A DNA stretch of 6,822 nt from Azolla caroliniana (GCA_043228905.1 JBHGNT010001499.1:1-6822), one strand, 5' to 3'; shown: positions 1 to 6,759, counted from the stretch's first letter. A program made the numbers and translations. The notes: a model not told the origin generated them from the sequence alone.

Positions 1-626
1 GACAAGATTCTCATCTTCCTCTCATCATGTCTCCGGCATACCCTTTCGACTTTGGCCCAATCCTCGGTAAGACCGTTCGCACCGTCATCGTCTTCGAGTT
101 CGATCCCGATGTCCATCCTTTCTTTTCGATCGATCGATTTTACGAACATTAAGACTTTATCTTCTCCCACCAATCTTCGTTCCCGCTCCGAGAGTCGAGC
201 AAAACGATGCTCGAACTCTAGGAACGCTTGCGTTGCACTTCGGTGAGTCTTCTCCGACGCCACCCATTCGTCGAATTCTCGTCGATCTCGTCCCGTCCAT
301 CTCTCATAGTCATATGCCTCCCGTAAAGCTTCTTCAAAGGACTCCCATGTCGAGTTTTGTTGTTGTATCTTGTGGATTCTCTCTTGTAGTTCGTCCGAGG
401 CCACCCGACTAAAGGATATCACTTGCAATCCTTCCGGTATCCGATATTGCATCATCTCCGCCTTATATTCACGTAGGTAGCGTGACACACCCTTACCGTT
501 GAATTCCCCGTTTCGTCGCAGAAGCCGCTCTACTGCCGCCTTCATCTCCGACATCGCACGTTGTTCTTGTTGCATCCGCTCAAACATTATCATCATCATG
601 TTCATCGCCTCTTGTTGATTCTCCAT
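1..626 (-). CDS. gag: Gag (or Gag-Pol N-terminus) of the LTR retrotransposon, partial
   Basis: Manual translation from ATG at 626 gives 208 codons with no stop up to the window edge: MENQQEAMNMMMIMFERMQQEQRAMSEMKAAVERLLRRNGEFNGKGVSRYLREYKAEMMQYRIPEGLQVISFSRVASDELQERIHKIQQQNSTWESFEEALREAYDYE...DWAKVERVCRRHDERKMRIL. It has capsid-like F-x-G-x-x-V-x-x-Y and TW-x-x-F-x-x-x-L motifs and starts 16 nt after the PBS. It is probably missing from the ORF track because there is no stop in the window. Confidence 0.88.
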   Translation of the reverse strand, partial: MENQQEAMNMMMIMFERMQQEQRAMSEMKAAVERLLRRNGEFNGKGVSRYLREYKAEMMQYRIPEGLQVISFSRVASDELQERIHKIQQQNSTWESFEEALREAYDYERWTGRDRREFDEWVASEKTHRSATQAFLEFEHRFARLSERERRLVGEDKVLMFVKSIDRKERMDIGIELEDDDGANGLTEDWAKVERVCRRHDERKMRIL

Positions 627-642
627 CTCCTTGCCACCCGTC

Positions 643-660
643 TTCACGTCGGGTTCACCA
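643..660 (-). promoter_or_regulatory. Primer binding site complementary to the tRNA-Trp 3' end
   Basis: The - strand reads TGGTGAACCCGACGTGAA, 4 nt after the LTR end. The + strand TTCACGTCGGGTTCACCA equals the 3' 18 nt of plant cytosolic tRNA-Trp as I recall it. Confidence 0.88.
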
Positions 661-790
661 ACTGTGTCGTGCCTTTCGGCTCCGGATCGTTGCGTGAGTC
701 GGGTGGGAACCGCTGGGGTTTTGGACTAGGAAGAGGAGAGTTTTAAGGCTAATAAGAATATAAATATGTTGTAAGAAAGAGTTATAGCAA

Positions 791-896
791 ACTCGTGAAT
801 CCCACGAGTGTATTGTATTTGATTAATCAATATGAATATAAGAATATAAATTTGGGTTGAAAGAGAATGATATAGAATCCTCGTGAATCCCACGAG
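791..896. repeat. Dyad CTCGTG-N5-CACGAG, two copies (791-809, 880-896); further copies at 1635-1649, 1666-1684, 1754-1768, 2644-2660, 2732-2748
   Basis: Read directly. The spacer is always GGATT in the LTR sense orientation. Confidence 0.85.
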
Positions 897-1252
897 TATA
901 GTTTATTAATTGGTGTTTTTTAGAAACATATCCAGTTTCCAAATATTTTTCACACCTATTACATTGTGCTCCCCATCCTTATGTAGTGATGGGAGAGACT
1001 AAGCATAGCTACATGCTTTTTTTTTCTAATATGTTCATGCACACTAAATGTGCATGTGATGCTTTTCTAATCCTTGCTTTTATTTGCTAAATATAGTGCT
1101 CATGCACGCTAGATGTGCATGAGTCACTTTTTAGTCGCTTGCGTTTTTCTATAAAATATTCACGCACTCTAAAAATACATGATTTACCTTTTAATAAAGG
1201 TAGGCGCAAATAAAGCACTTATAGTTATTAAATCTATTTATAGAACACTAAA

Positions 1253-1339
1253 TATAAGGTAGCATAATGGTAAAGTTGAGGTTTGGCTACGTGGAGGTAC
1301 AGGGTTCAAATCCTGCCCTATGCACGTGATAAATATTTT
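1253..1339 (+). promoter_or_regulatory. tRNA-like Pol III internal promoter (A-box + B-box) inside LTR copy 1, antisense to the element
   Basis: A-box TAGCATAATGG 1260-1270; B-box GGTTCAAATCC 1303-1313 within a CAGG/CCTG stem; partial acceptor-like pairing 1253-1259 with 1316-1322; TTTT at 1336-1339. Confidence 0.6.
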
Positions 1340-1426
1340 GATATATTATTTTATTTATTTATATGTAATTAAATCGGTTATATTATTTTTTACTTTTTCA
1401 CGTAGTGTACGAAATACACTACGACA

Positions 1427-1896
1427 GCGTGCATGAGCACTATATTTAGCAAATAAAAGCAAGGATTAGAAAAGCATCACATGCATATTTAGTGTGCATG
1501 AACATATTAGAAAAAAAGCATGTAGCTATGCTTAGTCTCTCCCATCACTACATAAGGATGGGGAGCACAATGTAATAGGTGTGAAATATTTGGAAATTGG
1601 ATATATTTCCGAAAACACCAACCGATTAATATAATCGTGGGATTCACGAAAATAATATAATCTATACTTGTGGGATTCACAAGTTTCTTATATCTTTCTT
1701 TCAATCTAAATACATATTCTTATCTAAATATTGATTAATCGAATACAATACACTCGTGGGATTCACGAAATTTCTATCTCTCTTTCTAATAATCTATTCA
1801 TTACTAGCCTCATCTCATATTCTTCTTTCTCCTAGTCCAAAACCTCGGCGGTTCCCACCCGACTCACGCAACGATCCGGAGCCGAAAGGCATGACA
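1427..1896 (+). repeat. 3' portion (470 bp) of an LTR of the same family (solo or 3' LTR), copy 2, interrupted by the element at 1-1426
   Basis: Reverse-complement homologue of 665-1109. It ends GCCGAAAGGCATGACA at 1896 and is followed by copia coding sequence, not by a PBS. Confidence 0.9.
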
Positions 1897-2130
1897 CCGG
1901 AAAAACAAGGAGTGGTCGAAATTGGAGACGACACGCCGCATACCATCGAACATGTCGGAGAAGTTCCCCTCAGCCACGTCGGGTAGAAAGGGAAACTCAT
2001 GAACGTGCTACACGTCCTGACAATAACCAAGAACCTGGTGTCTGTCAGACACATCGTCGACCAGGGAGTTCAATTTACACATCTTGGTTCCTACATTGAA
2101 GAGGAAGGCAAGATAATCGAGCAAGGGCAC
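1897..2130 (+). pseudogene. pol: Copia pol fragment: C-terminal part of the aspartic protease region
   Basis: PEKQGVVEIGDDTPHTIEHVGEVPLSHVG*KGKLMNVLHVLTITKNLVSVRHIVDQGVQFTHLGSYIEEEGKIIEQGH matches the copia pattern L-x-NVL-x-VP-x-x-x-x-NL-x-SV-x-x-x-x-D-x-G. Stop at 1984-1986. Confidence 0.85.
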
Positions 2131-2862
2131 TATCGTAGTGTATTTTGTACACTACATGAAAAGCTTATAAAGTAACGTTTTAGTAAATATGAAGAAATAG
2201 AAGAAAATGTCAAAATAAATAATACATGCATAGGGCAAGATTCAAACCTTGCACCTCCATGTTAATAATGTAATGTCTTACCGTTGCACTAGCATTTCAT
2301 TAGTGTTAAAAAGTAAATGTTCCACATAGAAAGGTTAGTTCACCTAGGATAAACTTTAGTTAAAAGAAAACGCATGCTAAAAACAAAAGCTACGCATGCA
2401 CATCTAGTGTGCATGAAAGCTATAGTTGATAAAAAACGCACAAGTTAGAAAAAGCATGATCACTTTAGGTTAAGCATATAGTCTATCTATAGGAAAAAGC
2501 ATGGAGTCTATAGTTAGAGAAGAAAAAGCATGGATTGCTAAGACTCCCTCATCACCACAAAAGGATGGGGAGCACAATGTAATAGGGGGTGAAATATTTG
2601 GGAAATTGGATATATTTCCTAAAACACCAATTAATAAACTATACTCGTGGGATTCACGAGATTTCTATATCTTTCTCTATCAATCTAAATACATATTCTT
2701 ACATAAATATTAATCAATAAAATACATTATGCTTGTGGGATTCACAAGTTTCTAATCATCTATTCATAATTAGAATCGTCTCAAATTCTTCCTCCTCCTA
2801 GTCCAAAACCCCAGTGGTTCCCACCCGACTCATGCAACGATCTTGCGCCTAAAGGCACGACA
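2131..2862 (+). repeat. Solo LTR (732 bp), copy 3, inserted in copia pol
   Basis: Starts TATCGTAGTGTATTTTGTACACTAC (TG>TA mutation) and ends AAAGGCACGACA. No PBS or PPT is adjacent. The flanks GCAC / ACGC are compatible with a GCGC TSD, and removing the LTR plus 4 bp rejoins the copia frame (IIEQGH-HEGRMFILE). Confidence 0.92.
2212..2298 (-). promoter_or_regulatory. Second, more decayed copy of the tRNA-like A/B-box cassette in LTR copy 3
   Basis: On the - strand: A-box TAGTGCAACGG (2291-2281), B-box GGTTTGAATCT (2248-2238) inside a GCAAG/CTTGC stem, 32-nt spacing, TTTT at 2215-2212. Confidence 0.5.
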
Positions 2863-2866
2863 ACGC

Positions 2867-3800
2867 CATGAAGGGAGGATGTTTATCCTCGAGACCAACG
2901 ACGTAGGCACCACTATGTTCGCTAAAGGGTAAAAGGTCAAATCGGATATCGACCTGTGGCACAAGTGGTTTGGCCACATAAATTTCCCGAAGCTTCGATA
3001 AATGCAGACGAAAAACATTGTTTTCGGCTTGCCGAAATTCAGTTGTCGAAAGGGCCAAGTTTACGAAGCCTGCCAATTGGGAAAGTATCACCGACTTCCA
3101 TTCCCCAATGAGCGTAACTGGAGTCAAAATCCGCTCGATGTGATCCATTTGGATGTATGGGGACCAACACAGAACGTGAGTCTCGGTGGAAGCCGATATT
3201 TCGTGACTTTCATCAATGACTTCTCTCAGCATAGTTGGGCGTGCTTGATCGCGAAAAAGAGCGAAGTCTTCGCATGTTTCCTGAAGGTAAAGAGCCTTGT
3301 GGAAAGGGAAACCAGACAAAAGATCAAGTGCCTAAGGTCCGTTGGTGGGAAGGAGTACTTCTCTGACCAATTCTCGAATTATCTATAGGACGAAGGAATT
3401 CAACGCGAATTCTCCTGCAGCAGAACGGCGTGGCCGAGCGAAAAAATCGGACGATCAAAGAGGCGGCCAGGGCAATGCTCGAAGAGAAGCATATGCCAAA
3501 ATTTTATTGGGCAAAAGCCATAAGGAAAACCGTTTACCTGCAGAATCGGACTTCTGCTAATGGAGGAGTGTTGCCACATGAATTGTACTTCAAGAAGAAG
3601 CCGAACTTGGCACACTTGAGGGTTTTCGGTAGCATCACGTATGTGCATGTGCCGAAGGAGAAATGAAGGAAGTTGTATGCCAAAGCCGAGAAGTGTATCT
3701 TGGTTGGCTACTCGGACGAATAGAAGGGTTATAAGTGTTATAACCCCCGAACCAAACAAGCTCGTGTAAGTCGTGATGTTGTGTTCGACGAGTCCGCGTC
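2867..3800 (+). pseudogene. pol: Copia integrase (HHCC zinc finger, DDE core, GKGY/SH3-like region), disrupted
   Basis: LWHKWFGH...YEACQLGK, IHLDVWGP, FINDFS, IKCLRSVGGKEY (catalytic D>V), QNGVAERKNRTI, HLRVFGS, KCILVGYSDE*KGYKCYNP, VSRDVVFDES. Stops at 2930, 2999, 3386, 3664, 3721; frameshift at about 3420. Confidence 0.95.
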
Positions 3801-4280
3801 GTGGTACTTGCCTTCGCCTCCAACCACAGACGACTCCATTCCGATCACTGACGAAGAGGTCAGCGAAACTGAAATGCCTCGGGCCGAAGGAGACATCGGA
3901 GCTCCTATAGAGAGTCCGATCTCATTTAGGGTAAGTGGGCCAAATGAGCGACTGAGTCGGCATGACCAGTCAGACGTAGAGCCGACGAGTAGTGGTAAAT
4001 CGGCCGTGCATTCCCCGCACAAGAAGCCGAGGAGACGGCTTATGTACGAAGATAAGGGAAAGAAGAAGATGTCAGAGTACAACATTGATAAGGACGAGTC
4101 GGATCGAAGCGAATCCGACTCCGAGAAGAATGAAGACGGACCTCTGAAAATTAAGTCTGCATCGGCCAAGAGGGCCTCAAAATCAGCTAATGAACAATTA
4201 CGCCGATCTACCTGCCAGAAGAACCCATGGTGCGCTTCGGATATGAGTACATGGCGCATCATTACGCGTACATGACGTGA
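3801..4280 (+). pseudogene. pol: Copia IN-RT linker (acidic, Ser/Pro-rich, ending LRRSTCQKNP)
   Basis: In frame with the integrase and carries the typical copia LRRS-x-R motif before RT. There is a 1-nt frameshift near 4226. Confidence 0.8.
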
Positions 4281-5144
4281 GTGGCAGAAGTGCGTGAGTT
4301 GGAGAGCTACGCAGAAGTGGCAAAGGACGCAAACTAGCGTGCCACGATGAAGGAAGAGATGTGTGCGTTATAAGACAATGAGACTTGGGACCTGGTTGAT
4401 CCACCTAAAGGTGTGAAGCCGATCAGATGCAGATGGGTGTACAAGGTGAAGTACAACACCGACGGCTCAGTCAACCAATACAAGGCTTGGTTAGTGGCGA
4501 AAGGCTATGCGTAGAAGCACGACGTCGATTACGACCAGACCTTCGCGCTTGTCGGGAAGATGACCACTGTTCGTGTTCTGCTGGCCATAGTAGCGGCGAA
4601 GGGGTGGCACTTACATCAAATGGATGTAAAGAATGCGTTCTTGCAAAGTGATCTTGAGGAACAGGTGTACATGGTACAACCCCCCAGATTACTATCCGAT
4701 TAGAACACCTCGGCAGTTTGCCGACTGAAGAAGTCCCTCTACGGCCTAAAGCAAGCCCCACGCACATGGAACGTGAAGATCATGCAACGTCTACATCGTA
4801 TGGGGTTTACGACGTCCAAATTAGACTCTTCATTGTTCGTTTGGCAAGGTCAACATGGACCAGTTAGTTTTTGACTTTATATTGATGATGTAGTCATTGC
4901 CGGTGGCGACCTAGATGAAATTGGGCGCATAAAGTCTCAGCTTGCGGCCTCATTTGACATGAAGAATCTAGGGAACCTTCATTACTTCCAAGGGATCGAA
5001 GTGAACTGCACACCTGAAGGCATACTGATTAGCCAACCTCACTATGTGCTAAATATGCTCTTCAAGTTCAGGATGGCAGATTGTAAGCCCATCTCGATCC
5101 CTCTGGACAGAAACACAAAGCTTCACCGAGATTCGGGAAAGGCG
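4281..5144 (+). pseudogene. pol: Copia reverse transcriptase (RVT_2 type), disrupted and 3'-deleted
   Basis: [63 protein letters not shown] (YIDD at 4878-4889), FDMKNLG...YFQGIEV. Stops at 4335, 4371, 4512, 4701, 4872. Confidence 0.96.
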
Positions 5145-5146
5145 TT

Positions 5147-5560
5147 TTTGTCCGTGAGCGAGTTCTCTCAAGTGAAGTGGAACTACGATATGTTTCGATT
5201 GATCGGCAGGTGGCGAACATCTTCACCAAATCTCTCAGCCTGGACAAGGTGTAACAATTCTTGAGCATGCTTGGCATACAACACATCGACATGCTGAACT
5301 TGAGGAGGAGAAGTGAGAGTGAGAGCGAGAGAGATGAAGTAGTCCGAAAAGCCGAATCGGATGTGAAAGTCGATTTTGGGATGGGTGAAGAAACCAAGGA
5401 CGAATGCATGGGGTGTGGCCAAAAGAATGAGCCGGAGTCGGAGCCAACCGAACAAGGGGGAAGTAGAGCCGAGAAAAGTGAGGCAAGTGGTAGAGCCAAG
5501 AAAGGTAGAGTCGTTCTGAAGGTAAAGGCCAAGACTTGGATGTGGTCAGACGTGGTGAAG
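5147..5560 (+). pseudogene. pol: C-terminal end of copia RNase H plus a charged in-frame extension
   Basis: FVRERVLSSEVELRYVSIDRQVANIFTKSL matches the copia HFVRE...Q-x-ADIFTK-x-L motif. It is in the same frame as the 5261-5602 ORF. Confidence 0.88.
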
Positions 5561-6255
5561 CTTGGGATAAGAAGAATCAGAGACAAACATCGGGTCATTT
5601 GAAAGAGGTAATATGTCACATTCTCTTTTTCATATCTTAGTGAGATGTTAAAAAATGCCTTATTTAAGCAGAATTTCAAAAAGGCACGACGCATGTGTAG
5701 GTGGTTTATGAAAACATAGCGAAAAATAGAACTAACTAATATCATGTCAACAAAATCATCCGACGTATATTCTATGTACCATGTTTTTGTCCAAATCTTA
5801 GACAAGGGTATATTCATCAATGCAAGTATAATAGTAACACGAGTCCTTGTGCATATTCTAAAACGCATACCACACTGAATAAGTGACTTCTTCTAATTAT
5901 GTGTGTATATTTATATATAATATATCTTAAAGCAAATTGTGAACCTTACAGTTAAGAGATACTGTTATGTCAAGAAAAAATTTCCATTGACACGTGATAC
6001 ATGACACCATCAATGTATAAATAAACTAAGTCTACAATAACATTCCAATCATACGAGTAAATGATAGAGTATAATTTTATCTCCCAAATACCCCAAACGA
6101 TAAAGGAGACCTTAGACAACATGTACACATACAAATTATACTTAATCTCTAAGTTCAATGAGTGTTACACGAAAGTTATAAATAAGCTCAACTTATATAT
6201 TACGTAAAAATTTAACAATTCATATTGTTCAAATTTTACAATAAGCCATATCCAT

Positions 6256-6537
6256 TCAATCGAATAATAAGTCTGGTAAAGCCGTCTCTTCAAGATTAGC
6301 TCTGTTATCAAAATTGTCTTCATTGGCTTCGTTGGTACGCTAAGTTGAATCGTTAGTATGTTCAAACTCTGACACGTCTTCTAATTCAACAAGGTTCCCT
6401 GCTTCTTCATCTATAGGTTCCATAGGTTCTCTAGAAGTCATCTGGAACATCTCAGTTTCAATGATATGCTTTGCCCCAACTTCTTGGTCTTGATCAAAAT
6501 AACTTGCTCAGGGTCCTTCACTAATGCAACAGGGTTC
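6256..6537 (-). pseudogene. Possible degraded coding segment or terminal exon encoding an acidic tail, unidentified
   Basis: One - frame reads EPCCISEGP*ASYFDQDQEVGAKHIIETEMFQMTSREPMEPIDEEAGNLVELEDVSEFEHTNDST*RTNEANEDNFDNRANLEETALPDLLFD*. It has strong GAN codon periodicity and higher GC than its flanks. Confidence 0.4.
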
Positions 6538-6706
6538 CTGAACATCTTTAAGGCACATGTTGTAGTAGTATATGACAATAGAATGAAATTGCACATGTAA
6601 CATCAAACTGAAGAATAGACTATAATGTTACACTAAATAGATGTGATAAGTTTTATATACCTATGTCGGAAAACAAATCTAAAACCCATTGAAAATTTGA
6701 AAAAAT

Positions 6707-6759
6707 AAAAAAACTTGGATTTTCTACATTGGATTCTAGTTGAAAATCCAAGTTTTTTT
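6707..6759. repeat. Inverted repeat with perfect 18-bp arms and a 17-nt spacer
   Basis: AAAAAAACTTGGATTTTC (6707-6724) and GAAAATCCAAGTTTTTTT (6742-6759). Confidence 0.8.

Larger units (their letters stand above)
1..1426 (-). mobile_element. 5' part of a young LTR retrotransposon, probably Ty3/gypsy (5' LTR + PBS + gag); continues beyond the left edge
   Basis: On the - strand: LTR 1426->665 with TGTCGT...ACGACA termini, a 4-nt spacer, a tRNA-Trp PBS, then an uninterrupted ORF from ATG 626. The superfamily call is inferred because pol is not in the window. Confidence 0.9.
665..1426 (-). repeat. 5' LTR (762 bp), copy 1
   Basis: The - strand begins TGTCGTAGTGTATTTCGTACACTACG and ends GCCGAAAGGCACGACA, with a 6-bp terminal inverted repeat. 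It is homologous end to end to 2131-2862 and partly to 1427-1896, and abuts the PBS. Confidence 0.93.
1897..5560 (+). mobile_element. Degenerate Ty1/copia retrotransposon internal region, interrupted by a solo LTR at 2131-2862; no copia LTR recognised
   Basis: Domain order PR-IN-RT-RH is diagnostic of copia. It carries 13 in-frame stops, frameshifts and a large deletion. The right boundary is approximate, based on a composition change at about 5560-5600. Confidence 0.93.

Noticed and set aside
643-660. tRNA-Trp gene fragment
   Set aside because: Only the 3' 18 nt including CCA, adjacent to an LTR: this is a PBS.
52-746. ORFs 52-246 and 561-746 (+)
   Set aside because: They are antisense shadows of gag, the PBS and the LTR.
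1253-1324. Functional tRNA gene
   Set aside because: No convincing anticodon arm, an 8-nt T-loop register, and the acceptor stem is not conserved in the other LTR copy. Kept only as a tRNA-like promoter cassette.
2448-2532. Three GAAAAAGCATG copies in the solo LTR U3
   Set aside because: Ordinary short U3 duplications, not informative beyond the CATG-rich dyads already reported.
1507-2713. ORFs 1507-1704, 1756-1986, 1815-2054, 2501-2713
   Set aside because: They are chance frames in LTR sequence. 1756-1986 is an accidental LTR/copia protease fusion ending at a premature stop.
791-2748. Palindromic CTCGTGGGATTCACGAG repeats as a CRISPR array
   Set aside because: Only 2-3 copies per LTR, 15-19 bp long, irregular spacing, spacers homologous between LTRs, eukaryotic TE context and no cas genes.
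2830-5486. - strand and off-frame ORFs over the copia region (e.g. 2849-3319, 3738-4262, 4427-4651, 4471-4767, 5183-5455)
   Set aside because: They are shadow frames of pol with no independent motifs.
5598-5620. TTTGAAAGAGGTAATATGT as the copia PPT and 3' LTR start
   Set aside because: The purine tract is weak and no second LTR copy or matching CA terminus is available to support it.
5680-5690. AAAGGCACGAC, matching the gypsy-like LTR 3' end
   Set aside because: Only 11 bp, no upstream LTR homology and no terminal CA; treated as chance.
5970-6365. ORFs 5970-6158 and 6165-6365 (-)
   Set aside because: Short, AT-driven I/Y/L/K composition, no motifs. The second overlaps the better-looking acidic frame.
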